In this document: positions 12,352 through 25,322 of the stretch, piece after piece
Layout of the letters: every line of letters begins with the position of its first letter
How positions within the stretch are numbered: position 1 is the first letter of the stretch
Assembly: GCF_009834535.1 (NCBI RefSeq)
Contig: NC_045715.1
Coordinates: 20,460,001-20,524,000 of the forward strand
DNA: 64,000 nucleotides
Direction: 5' to 3'
From: Camelus ferus
Lineage: Eukaryota
The notes under the pieces: model-generated
Seen by the model: only the letters and a program-made list of their open reading frames with translations
What the model was told of the DNA's origin: nothing
The model's database searches: none
Program-made: the position numbers and the translations under genes

Positions 12352-13391
12352 TTTACCTTCTTAACCCTTTTTAAGTGTACAGTTCAGTGATACTAAAAAC
12401 ATTCACATTGCTGTGCAGCCATCATCACATTCCATCATCACCCTCCATGGCCATAGCTCTCTTCATCCTGTAAATCTGAAAGTCTGTACCTTTATGCCTT
12501 TTAAACAACACCTCCCCATCCTCCCCTCTCCTCAGCTTGAGCTGACCCTTAGGATGAGCTGGAGGACACAGGGCCTGTGGGGAGGAGGCCGATCAGGAGG
12601 TGGCTGGAGCCACCCAGGCTGGAGGCCGTGAGGATCCCCATGTGAGAAAGAAGGACACAAACAGGAAACAAATTTAGTAATTAAACAAAAGCCCCTCCCT
12701 GTACATAAAGCACACACTGTGCAAGGCTCTGCGGAGCCATCTGAGGAGTCATTTCCTCTCCAAGTGACTGGCCCAGCTGGAGTCAGCACCCAGCAAACGT
12801 GAAGCCCTTTTCGGTACCCCTTTCTCACATTATTGAAGCTCCCCTGTCACCCAAATCTACCCCTTAGCTCACCCACACTCCCCTACAGCCCCATCTCCAC
12901 TCAGAGAAATTATCTTAAAAGGTGAATGTGTTCTCCCCTGCATTAAACTCTGAATTCCCATGGTTCTTCAGATAGGGATAGAACCCCAGATCTCTAAGAG
13001 GGCCTACAAGCCCCAAGGATCTGCCCTGGCACCTCCCCTCGGCCCCTCTCTGTGGCCCTCAGGCTTCCATTGGTTCTGCAGATGCCCCAGGCTTTGCCCC
13101 ACAGGGCTCCCCATGGCTCCTTCTGCCTGGAAGTTTCCTGCCCCGCCACCATCTCCCAGCGCCTCACACAGGGCTGCCCTGCTCTCTAGCACATCACTGT
13201 TTTAGATTCAGTATTCTTTGTGTAACCATGTGATGTGTCTTCCTTCTCCAGTAGCCTGGAGAAGTTCCAGGAGGAGAGCACCCCAAGAGTCATGTTCCCT
13301 GCTGGAGCCCCAGTACCTGGATGTGGTAAATGTGCAATGTTAATAGTTAAATGAGTGGATAATGTAACCTGCTCTTGAGAAAGTATCTTAG

Positions 13392-13995
13392 TGTGGGAGC
13401 CCATGATTGGGTTAACAAATTGTAACAATCCCAGCCACTTACTTCCTTAAAGAAGATGTGCTTAGTACCTGCCTTGAGATTTTAGCAATGACCCAGGCCC
13501 CCAGCTGTAAACGCTGGGCATGCCTGCTGTTAGTCTTCTATCCCCAAAACAGCCTTGGGCTGGAATGGTAAGAAGCTGCAGACTCAGAGGTGAGAAGGCT
13601 GGTTAGCCAATGACAGGTAAGATCCCCTGAGGGGGCAACCTAAGACAGGCACAGCCGCCTGAGTCCAGGAAAATCTTGTCAAGCAGCTGATTCTCATACC
13701 TTCCGCCCTGGTAAGCTGAAAGGCTCAACACGATTATGATTCACCAAAAAGGATCTTCTAACCTTGAGCCAAACACCAACAATAAACAAAGCCTTTGTAC
13801 TCATTGTGATCCCACCCTGTCCTTCCCTAAATTCCTGCTTTGACTGTACTCAATAAATATGAGAGATTTGAGAGGCTCGTGGAGTTGGCTCCTGACTCCC
13901 TCTTGCTCTCTTGACTTCCCCAGAGTCTTGAGTAATTCATTCCGTCTCGGTGGGACTTCTGCTGGCCAGAACCCACAACTGGTGACGAACCCACA
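13392..13995 (+). mobile_element. Intact 604-bp solo LTR, probably class II (betaretroviral/ERVK-like)
   Basis: Terminal inverted repeat TGTGGG...CCCACA. Perfect 6-bp TSD TCTTAG at 13386-13391 and 13996-14001. CCAAT at 13607-13611. AATAAA at 13781 and 13852. A 6-bp TSD is typical of betaretroviral integrases. Confidence 0.8.
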
Positions 13996-14095
13996 TCTTA
14001 GAGTCTGTTGCACTGAGTTGCAGGTAACTGGCAACAACTCAGGTGATGGAGAAAGGCTGGAGGGGTGTCAGGTGAAGGAGGTGAAGTTAAAGGGT

Positions 14096-14385
14096 CTGCA
14101 TTAGTTGCTAGAACTGCCGCATGAAGTGCCACGAACTGGGTGGCTTCAACAATGGAAATTTGTTGTCCCTCCATTCTGGAGCTAGAAGTCTGAACTCAAG
14201 GTGTCAACAGAGTTGGTTCCCTCTGAGGACCGTGAGAGAGCATCCTTCCATGCCAGTCTCCTTGCTTCTGGTAGCCTCAAGCATTCCTAGACTTGTAGAT
14301 GACATGATCCTTGTGTCTTTACATGGTCTTCCCTCTGTGTGTGTCTATGTCCAGATTTCCTCCTGTTTATAAAGACACCAGTCCT
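14096..14385 (-). mobile_element. MLT1 (ERVL-MaLR) LTR fragment running into a gap
   Basis: MLT1-type sequence (...GAACTGGGTGGCTTCAACAATGGAAATTTG...TTCTGGAGCTAGAAGTCTGAACTCAAGGTGTCAACAGAGTTGGTTCCCTCTGAGG...). Confidence 0.75.
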
Positions 14386-14543
14386 NNNNNNNNNNNNNNN
14401 NNNNNNNNNNNNNNNNNNNNNNNNNNNNNNNNNNNNNNNNNNNNNNNNNNNNNNNNNNNNNNNNNNNNNNNNNNNNNNNNNNNNNNNNNNNNNNNNNNNN
14501 NNNNNNNNNNNNNNNNNNNNNNNNNNNNNNNNNNNNNNNNNNN
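14386..14543. other. Assembly gap (158 N)
   Basis: Run of N. Confidence 1.
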
Positions 14544-15884
14544 CCATCCTCAGCTCAAACAGGCCCTAGCCAGGTGCAAAAATCACTGAACCCTTCATCC
14601 TATCCCAATCTGATGACTCCAGAATCTCCGCAGTGAACTGGCCCTGGTTCCTAATCTTACCTTAGATGAATGCTACCCAATTCACACCCTCCAACCTCGC
14701 CCACATCTATACTGGCCTCCGCATGTCCCTCCACTTCATTCTTGCACACAACCTGGTCCAGGCTGTGTTTCTCCCCTTCAGTCTCCTGGTGATGTTGAAC
14801 GTCTTTGTGGTTGATGGTCCACACAGTCTCACAAAAATAGGACACAAAACACGTATCATGTTAAATTCACAAACTCCATGTAATTGTCTATCTTAAAAGT
14901 GGCCAACAAGGGAGGTAGGATTTTTACCACAATTCTCATGTGGACCCCCAGCACCTCGTTTTTGTTTCAAATACTATTTTTCACTTAAAGAAACTAGAAC
15001 CCATCAGTAAGTCTCCAATGATAGCTGATTCCATGTCTCAGGGAAAGAAAGACTCAGGACAGATCTTGAATGTTCAGTTGTTGCCAGAAAGCCAGGATGC
15101 CTTCAAGAGTGTCAAGGAAAGTGCTATAAAGGACAAAGGAGCCAATTTAAAGGATCTCCATTGTTCATCCTGAGTCAATGAGCATGAGAAGAAAGATGAG
15201 GAGGAGGAATGGTAATTATGGTTAATTGCAGTAAATTGTGGCTGTAAAGGCCATGAGATCATTATGATACTCGAAAGATAAAAGTTCATATAAAGTTCAC
15301 AAAAGACATCTGTAATAGAAAAGAAAGGATGGAGCTATTAAAAATTGATTTGAATCAAAAAGGAATTGTTCGTTTTGTTTCTTCTGTTAATTATATGTGT
15401 GGTTATAAAGCAGAGATAGGTGCTTGCTTTCACCTACGTAAGGAGAAAAGAAAAATGCAGGCAACTGTGAGAAAACCAAGTAGCCCCACTCTGAGAATGA
15501 ACTTTAGCAGAAACAGGAACATATGACAAGAGAGGATGTCTGAGGCAGGGATGAAGGAGAAGGTGGTTTCCATAGTACGTATTAAGGCAATAAATTAACC
15601 AAAAAAAAAAAAAGCCACTAAAAAAGAGAGCTAATAAAGTCAGCCTAATTCCTCATCTCCGAGAAGATTAAAAATCTAGATTGCCCTACTAATTATAATA
15701 AAATAAGAATTAATAAGATTTAATAATGCTAATAATCAGACAATCTTAATGAGAAAGAAACATACTATGTAACACTGGTCATGAGGGTTTTTTTAAGTAT
15801 GTTATATTAGGGGAAGAAAATAGGTTGCAAAATTCTAAAATCTATGCACTTAAAAGAGTTATCCCCCAGTAAGATATAATTTCA

Positions 15885-16365
15885 CATCCACTAAGCTGGC
15901 TAAAATAAAAAGACAAATAATAACAAGTGTTGACAAGAATGTGGGAAAATTGGGATCATCATACACAGCTGGTGGGAACATGAAACGGTGCAGCAGCTTT
16001 GGAACATCACTGTTTGGCAGTTCCCCAAAAAGCTTAACATGGAGATAACTTATGACCCAGAAATTCCACTCCTAAGATATATACTCCAGAGAAATGAAAA
16101 TATATGTCTACACAAACACTTGCGCACAAATGTTCGTAGCAGCATGATTCGTAATAGCCTAAGAGTGGAGGCAGCTCAGACTACCCATCAATTGATAAGT
16201 AGATAAGTAAAGTGTTGCACCCATACAATGAAACAATGAAATCAAAAAGAATTCAATGATAAAAAGGAATGAAGTACTGATATCTGCTACAACATGGCTG
16301 AACCTTGCAAACATTGTGCTAAGTGAAAGAGGCCAGTTACAGAGGACCACACATTGTATGACCGA
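15885..16365 (+). mobile_element. Old LINE-1 (L1M) ORF2 3' fragment
   Basis: Degenerate L1 ORF2 C-terminus (AACAAGTGTTGACAAGAATGTGGG...TATGACCCAGAAATTCCACTCCTAAG...AACCTTGCAAACATTGTGCTAAGTGAAAGAGGCCAG). Confidence 0.85.
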
Positions 16366-17118
16366 CCTTCCCAAGGGCTGGTGTGCTCACTCTCACATGT
16401 GACAATATGCGTTTGTAAAGGTCAGTGTCTTCTGGATGTGTTCACCAGTTTCCTGACAGCAAAAGGAGAATGCCGACCTAGAAAGAGGTGGAAAAAGACA
16501 CTAGGGGACAACCTTCCAACGGAATAATAAGAGGAACACAGGAGGTAGGCACTTGGTCTGGAGAGAGAGACAAAACCAAAACCTGGCTGCTAGTCTTCAG
16601 GTGACATGGAGACGGGTGAAAATGGACTTGGCAGAGGAAGGACTCCAGGTGGCGATTAAGCTGTGGGGGCTGGAGAACCTCGCCTTCACCTGCTCGGTAC
16701 AGTTTGCCCACCTGAGCTTGCAGTTTCTAAGTGGGACAAAACTCAAGCTCCATCTCTTACTAGCTGTGAGTTACCTAACCTTGCTGAGCCTCAATTTCTT
16801 CACCTGTAAAAGGGACATAATTAGAGTAAATACATCCTAGAATTGCTGTGAGAATTGAGGTAATCCTGTAACACATTTCGTTCATGGTAAATATATAAGA
16901 AAGGAAGCTATTATTATCATCACCCGAGAGCAAGTGTGTAAGTGAAAGACCTCTGCAAGAAGGTTTGTTTGAGGAATGAAATATTTCAATGAGAAGCTGA
17001 CTCTCCCTTCTTGATCTTGGAATGATTCTCTTGAGTGATTCCCATGGGGAAGCATCATTCCACACTCAACAGTCCACTGTGAGAAGACGCCATATGCATT
17101 GAGCAATTACTCCTCACT

Positions 17119-17256
17119 CTTTTTGTTTTTTTGGCAGGGGTGGGGGTGGTTAGCTGTGTGTGTTTGTTTGTTTGTTTAATAGAGGTCCTGGGAATTGAAC
17201 CCAGGACCTGGTGCATGCTGAGTATGCGCTCTACCACTGAGATATACCCTCCCCCC
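17119..17256 (-). mobile_element. tRNA-derived SINE (Vic-1-like)
   Basis: Reverse complement shows A and B boxes and an (AAAC)n tail. It abuts an antisense L1 fragment at about 17257-17410. Confidence 0.9.
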
Positions 17257-17459
17257 TCTCCTCCTGACTCTGCGCTCCACAGCCACTGGCAACCACCAAT
17301 CTATGTTCTGTCTCGATAGGTTAACCTATTGAGGACATTTCATATAAATAGAATCATACAATATTTGACCTTTTGTGTCTGATTTCTTTTACTTAGCATA
17401 ATGTCATTAATTTCTATGTTAAATTTTAAAACTGATACTCGATTCCATAATTGGAAAAA

Positions 17460-17745
17460 CTTTTAAGTATGTTTGGAATTCCTTAGGTCTACAAATTTAC
17501 TTTTTTTCAACTGTAAATTTTTGAAATCTAGATACAGAGCAATAATCTCCAATTCAAATTTTTCATCCCAACTGCGATACATTGTAAGTATAAAATTGTA
17601 CTTACCCCAGATTTCAAAGGCTTACTATGGGAAAAAAAGAATGTAAAAAAATCTCATTTATTTTTTTAAAAATATATTGATTATATGTTGAAATGATACT
17701 ATTTTGGAATATTAAGTTTAATAAAATGTATTATTAAAATTTAAA
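17460..17745. mobile_element. hAT-Charlie/MER33-like DNA transposon remnant
   Basis: AT-rich sequence resembling Charlie-family ends (TTGATTATATGTTGAAATGATACTATTTTGG...AATAAAATGTATTATTAAAATT). Confidence 0.5.
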
Positions 17746-20230
17746 AAACCCAATCAGCTGTGAAGTCAACTTCGGCCACTTCAGAGACAAGCCCACTGCG
17801 GGCTAAGAGCGCTCCTTGTCTGTGGTGCCGCCAGGACTGCCTCACTGGGACAACGTCCTGCGTTATAATCAAGCTCTTACAACTGCTCCATTTTTCAGCC
17901 TCTAAGGCAGTTTATCATTTTCTTAATTAAACTTCATAACAACGCTGCGAGGTAGACATCTGCTTTTACTCTGTTTTACAGACGAGAAAACTAAGGTCCA
18001 CAGAGGTAAATGACCAGCCTATGGGACACAGCAGAGAAGGCTGTGTGGGCACATGGAAGGGGAACCTTGTCTTCTAACTTCCGCACAAGGGCTCTTTCTG
18101 CTGCCACACCGTCCCTCCTGGGACAGGAGAAATGACTCCTGCTACTCCAGCCACCACTCCCACCGGTCAGCCACTAACAAAAACATAAAACTCAGCACAC
18201 CAGCAGCAGCTCCCACTGCAAAACTTAGGACTTTCATTATATCGCAGATTACTGACCAGTTCCGCTTTTTTTTTCTTAATAGCAGCAGCTGACCTTAAAG
18301 CAAAGACAGGGCTCTGCTGGGGTTGACCACAGCTTCCCGGAGCCTTCCATCAGCACCAAGGAGAGGATGAACTCCACTCCCTCTGCTCAGAGTTACCTCT
18401 GTCAGTGTTGGCTCCCTTCCCTCTCTGGGCCTCAGTAACTCCACCTGTATAACGAGCCCAGCAATGCTTCCCCGATGCGACTGCTGTGGGGGTTAGCTGG
18501 AAAGGTGTGTGTCAAAGCACCTCGTCCAGAGTCTGGCACATAGTAGGTACTCAGTAAAAATTAGACGGGTTTTTGTTAATTGCATATTATCCTTGAACAC
18601 ACCCTGGACAGATAATGAAAAAAAAATTGGTTTGAGTCACTGACTGTCACTTGTTCGCTATGTCACCCTGTGTAAGTTGCTTAATCTCTCTGAGCAAAAA
18701 TCTCTGTTTTTTTACCTTATAACACCAACACCTTCCTCACAGATATCCAGGAAACTTCAAGGATGGCGTGTACAGAGCATTTATGAGCTTAGAAGGGCTT
18801 TGTGGAGTTTGTAGGGAGAGGTCAGTGAGGTTCTGGGAAGCCCACAGCAGCAGGACAGATGGGAGTCTTTGTGCAGCCCTGTGGCTCAGGAATAAGGTGG
18901 AAGACGAGAAAACAGGGGGAGTTGCAGAAAGAAAGAGGGTGCACTGATTGACTCGGTGTCCAGACACTATCCATGGTGCTGGGGGTGCAGCTGTGTACAA
19001 TACTGAGTCCCTTCCCAGTGGTGCTTGCGCTCTGGGATGTGTGGGGAACAGAGGAAAGGAGTGCCAATGCAGAATTTTAAAGTGCAAATAGGAGTGAACT
19101 AGGGAGAGGGGACAGCCTGAAAGAAGAACAGAGAAATGAGACCAAGCCCAAGAGAATGAGCTTGGGCTTGTGGAAGAGACAGGGGCTGAAAACAGAACCG
19201 CTTGGCCAAGGACAGAGAGAAACTGAGAGTCCGGAGTGGGAAAGAATTGGGAGAAGAGGTTGAGGTGATAGACAGCCGTGTGGTTGGTGATGGGAAGGTG
19301 TCCCATGAAGGAATTCTTAGCATAGGATGGAGCGTCATGACAGACACCAGACAGGAGCATTTTCTCTGAGAACACCCACCTCACATTCAGGCAGACGGCT
19401 CCCCATCCGTCCAATTCTGGTGTTTATCCTCCTTCTTTGTCCCCCACAACCTGCCCAACTCCCGGGACCTGGGGCTATATGGAGGGTGTATACACCTGGA
19501 CCAGTCTGGTGAAATCCACACACAGCACAGGGAAGACGTTGGGCAGCCACCAGGAGCTTACCCTCGGAAACCCCATCACCCACAGCCGGCTTACGTTAAC
19601 TTCCATTTCCTAGAATGACCCTTCCCCACCTCACTTCAACTCCTGAACAAGGATGCCAAGCCCCTGGGAAAGCCAAATGGAAGGCAGTATGACCAAAAGG
19701 AGAGATTATGTCATCATTTGGGAATAAAAGCATCAAATGCCGCCGCAGGTAGGATTATTCGTTCCAAGTTTTTCTCTCCCTGTCCCTTTATCCCTTCTTT
19801 TCTTCCTCTATTGAGGTCTGCTATTTGTTCCGCAAATGCCCAAAGTCTGTGGTTCTCTGGGACACAATGTACCAAGTGATGCGTGTAAGGGAGGAGATCA
19901 ATGCATCCTCCACTTCCAAGAAGCATGATTCTCTGGGAAGAAAAGATGAGCATAGACAGAGTGACTTTCTCTGACCCTCTGTGTCTCTGTGAATCAAAGG
20001 GCGTTCATTCCCCACTTGGCCCTGGTACCAACTTCCTTCCCTTCTGCCACAGGTGGCATCTCAGTTAGTCCTGCTGCCCCTCCTCCCCTTTCCAGATTCC
20101 AGGACAATTCTGGAACCAGGTCTCCCACCTGGCCCAGGTGAGACTATGTGGGCTCCACCCTCAGACACCTGGGCTTTGAACTTTTACAAAAGATGGAGTT
20201 GGCAAGAGAGTGTCGGAGGATGGGGATGGA

Positions 20231-20385
20231 GGGGAGGGGGAAGGGTATAGCTCAGTGGTAGAGTGCGTGCTTAGCATGCACAAGGTCCTGGGTTCAGTCC
20301 CCAGAACCTCCACTAAATAAATAAGTTAATAAATAAGCCTAATCACACCCCCCAAAAATAATAAAAAATAATTTTAAAAAAAGAA
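20231..20385 (+). mobile_element. tRNA-derived SINE (Vic-1-like), just beyond the C6orf15 poly(A) signal
   Basis: GGGTATAGCTCAGTGGTAGAGTGCGTGCTTAGCATGCACAAGGTCCTGGGTTCAGTCCCCAG followed by an A-rich tail. Confidence 0.92.
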
Positions 20386-20467
20386 AATGGGGACGGACAA
20401 AACTCACTTCAGTTTGCACCCAGAAACAAAGACACTGAGAAGGAGCAGATTCCATAAATGCTTGTGC

Positions 20468-20473
20468 TTTATT
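20468..20473 (-). terminator. Probable poly(A) signal of C6orf15
   Basis: AATAAA on the minus strand about 160 nt after the stop codon. Confidence 0.7.
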
Positions 20474-20631
20474 GGGGATCGGCACTGGGGAGTCAGGAGA
20501 GGCAGCTGAAAGAGGGGATGGTGCTAGGAAACACCTGATAGGGTCTTGATTTCGCTCACACTGCAAGAGGAGGGAGCAGGACTCCCTTCTCGGACTTCTA
20601 CCGTAGGGTTTTCTCCCACTCTGTCATTCCC

Positions 20632-21808
<1,177 letters not shown>

Positions 21809-21846
21809 ATTGCTCTGCATCTCCCTCGGCCCGAGACAGCCAGCCC

Positions 21847-21852
21847 TTTATC
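21847..21852 (-). promoter_or_regulatory. TATA-like GATAAA upstream of C6orf15
   Basis: GATAAA on the minus strand about 40 nt upstream of the ATG. Confidence 0.4.
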
Positions 21853-22349
21853 CTGTTAGTGGGGCTGGGGACATCAGAAACAGGCCGAGCCGGTGGCTGT
21901 GGAGACAATAAATCTCCACATTCCACCCCCATTCCTAATTCATTCTGTGGCAACAGGTGCCACTTGAATGACCCAAGGAAGCTGGGTGTTCCCACCCTGC
22001 TCTTTCTTCGAGCTCCCCACCCCTTCCTAACCCAGGTGTCCTGGCTCACAGCTCACCACTAGCTGCCACTGGTTCCCTGGCTCCCTACCCCAAGCACACA
22101 AGGACATTCACCTTAGGGTCCCACTTCACTGACTTCTGAGCAATAGAAACACTTGATTCTTTTTCTCTTTGGGATCCAGATCCTTCTCTTCCAGCACCCC
22201 TTTCTCATGCATCCCCATAGCTCCATTGCCTCCATTCCTCAACCTGCAGGAAGTTCTGGGCTACAGAAGTGGCTGCCATCTGAGGGGCTACTCCTAGATG
22301 AGACTCAGTGTCTAGGGAGATAAACCTGCTGCCCATCCTTGAGACATGA

Positions 22350-22845
22350 TGTATTGGTTTCCCATGGCTGCTATAGCAAATAACCACAAACTTAATGGTA
22401 ACACAAATTGACTCTCAGAATTTTGAAGATCAGAAACCCAACATGGGTCTCACTAGGTTAAACTGAGGTGTTGGTAGAGCCTTTCTGGAGGCCCTGGGGG
22501 AGAATCCATTTCCTTGCATTTTCCAGCTTCTAGAGGCCACCTGCATTCCTTGGCTTATGGTCCCCCTCCTCCATGGTCAAAGGCGGAAACAGCAGGATCT
22601 TCTCACATTGCATCACTCTGGTCTCCTCTTCCTCCCTCTCTCGCATTTAAAGACCCATGTGATTACATTGGGCTCACCCAAATAATCCCAGATAATCTAT
22701 TTAAGTCAGTTGACTAACAACCTTAATTCCATCTGCAACCTGAACTTCCCTTTGCTTTGTAACCTAATATGTTCAGTCTCCAGGCATCAGGACATGAACA
22801 TCTCTGGTGATGGTGGAGGTGGGGGGCACCATTCTGCCTACCACA
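22350..22845 (-). mobile_element. MLT1 (ERVL-MaLR) solo LTR
   Basis: Near full length, TGTATTGGTTTCCCATGGCTGC...CACCATTCTGCCTACCACA, with typical MLT1 internal motifs. Confidence 0.85.
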
Positions 22846-24390
22846 GATGGTCAGATATGTCCACCGCATCCAAAAGATACTGAGGGATACAGAGCAGATG
22901 TTTCCAACCAGGTAGAAGGAAGGCATTGAAACGCTGTTGTCAAATAGCCATGAGTTGATCATTGTTAAGGCTGGGTGATGAGAGCATAGGGATTTATGAG
23001 CTATTTTGTCTACTCTTAAATATGTTTGAAATTTTCACAATGAAAAGTGTTTAAATGCCTTTGTTTCTCTGTTGGGTCCAGGACGCACCCAGAATAGGCT
23101 TCCCTTGTTGCATGAAGTCTAAACATCAGCTGTTAGATTTTACTGTCCCAGCCTTATCCCGAGCCCCTGCTGGCTGGCTTCTGGAAGAGTGAAGTGTTCC
23201 TCTCCAAAACTGGCCACTGGGCACAGGGCAGCAGCCTTTTGGGATGATATCCACCAGTTTTGCAAAACCTTTTGACCTGGATCACACCAGGAATTAAAGG
23301 AATCCCCATATCTGAGGCTGTACCCCTCCCACAATTTCAGGCCCCAGAGGATCTAAGGGCCTGGATTCCTGTCATTGGCTGCAGTCCAGAGGCCAGAGGC
23401 CAGACCAAGGGTGACTCCACTATGATGACAGACACAGGACTATCTGGAGCCCTCTTCTGTCTTCAGTCAACCCTGCAGGTTGGCTTAGCTGCTCCAGGTC
23501 ACTTCTGGTTAATGTAATACATTTCTATTGGTTGGGGACTTCAAATTTCAACAGTAGTCCAAATTGAGACAAGCTAACACATCCAAGTAAGAGAATGAGT
23601 TAAATCTTAGGGTAGGGGTCAGTTCATTTGAAGCCAAGCAGAGGCTCTGAGAGGTGGCCTATGTTTGGGGTGAGGTCCTTCTGATAGGGATCAGCACAGC
23701 CCACTCTCCCCTCCTTGGGGTATGAGAACTTCCTCGGCCTCCCTGTCTCCCTGGCCTGTCTCCAGGACATGGTTGTATGGCCCTCCGCACCCTGTCCACC
23801 TTCTCTGTCTTCTCCCATGGAGGCCACCTGCCCTTCTTCACTCCAGGGCCCTGCCCCCTCAGCTCTGCTGGCGCACACTCTAGAACGCAGCACAGGCAGC
23901 AAGAGTGTGAAGGTGGAGAGGACACTGCTGGCTCTGTTCTGCCATGGGCTGGGGCATTCAGATGTAGGCCGATGAGTCACCATGCTTGGCTGCAAACACT
24001 GTCATGCTCCATCCTCTCTGTCTTTTACTCTCTCCACCCACAGCTCCCTGAACAACACTCGCCTGGGCTCCTACTCAGTCACCAGGAATCTGGTCTAGGC
24101 TGTTGTGTTCCAGCCTTCCCAAGGTTCCAGGTGTCCCAGAAACCCAGAAAATCGATGCTCCAGACTCCCAGAGAGGATGGCATCCAGAGGTGAGGCAAAC
24201 TAATGGTAGAGGAGAAGGAGCCTCATGGGGAGGGGAAGAAGTAATTAGGGCCCTATATAAAAAGAGGGGAGGACCCCAGGGTGAATAGGGAGTGGAGACA
24301 GAATGGATTTCTTGGAGCAATGAGAGAGAGGAGAGGTGGGAGGATGGATCTAGGAGGATTAGGCAACCTTTGTTTTCAGTTCAACAAATA

Positions 24391-24403
24391 TTTATTATTT
24401 ATT
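24391..24403 (-). terminator. Tandem poly(A) signals, probable distal CDSN 3' end (a proximal AATAAA lies at 24571-24576)
   Basis: AATAAA on the minus strand at 24391-24396 and 24398-24403, about 0.93 kb after the CDSN stop. Confidence 0.65.
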
Positions 24404-25264
24404 CTCCTCCCTTGTGGAAGGAACTGTAAGATATATGAGAAATATTGGGCCAACTTATAAATGAAAATGGGGAACATGGAACCTTGAGAGGCATGAGAGA
24501 ACATCACCCAGGTGGTAAGGGGAGACCCAGGACTCCACAAAGGCAAAAGGTCTACATGTAGGTCACATAGTTTATTGAGGTGTCCGTCCAGGATCCAGAG
24601 AGAATAGGGAGCCTGCTCCAGTCTCTGCAGGTGCCCTGGTATCTCCCACACACAGGGAAGCATCTGAGCATTGAGGGAAGTGACAACCAGGAAGGGGGAC
24701 TGAGATGGAGACATTGAGAGATAAGGGAGGTGTTGCGGATTCACAGAAGGTGTGATGAGTTCTATAATGGAGAGTGGAAGTGGAATTGGGAGTGCGAGAA
24801 CCCAATAGCATTATCACACTGGTTGACAAGATGGCGAAGTGAAATCAGTAAGAGGTGGTCATTGTCTCCAAATAATCATTTGGATTGTGCTTTATTTGGC
24901 AAAGCCAGGGAGGAGGGGTGACCTGTCCAGGCATCAGAGTTACTCTCAGACATATCAGGAGTTTCCTATTCAAAAATCCGAATGGGTAGGGCTAGCAGAT
25001 GGACCGTATCACCTCAAAGAAATCGCAGAGGAAATTCTAGGGAGTGAGTATCTGGCCGGGAGGGCACTGCAGGAGAATGGGAATCTAAGCAGTAGGGGAA
25101 AATGAGGAAAAGGATTTGGAGTCTACAATTTGGGGAGATAAGGAAAAAAGAGGTGATAAGAGGGAGTCTGCCACATCAGGGTGATGGGAGAAGTAGAGCA
25201 GCTCTCTTGGGAGAGCAAACTGAGCTAACCCCATGCCTGAGTCCCTGGACTTCACCCACCTGGG

Positions 25265-25266
<2 letters not shown>

Positions 25267-25298
<32 letters not shown>
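25267..25298. repeat. (GT)16 microsatellite in the CDSN 3'UTR
   Basis: Perfect run 24 nt downstream of the CDSN stop codon. Confidence 0.97.
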
Positions 25299-25299
<1 letters not shown>

Positions 25300-25322
25300 T
25301 GCACACGCGCACAGGCAAAAGC

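Noticed and set aside
14666-14896. Hydrophobic 76-aa ORF with motif spacing reminiscent of vomeronasal V1R receptors (FILAH...IGHK)
   Set aside because: Only a few residues match, similarity does not extend to flanking helices, and it sits beside a gap and LTR. Likely chance; TBLASTN/HMM would settle it.
18737-19414. 225-aa minus-strand ORF
   Set aside because: No recognisable domain, composition typical of the antisense of purine-rich DNA, and it runs into MIR/L2-like sequence.
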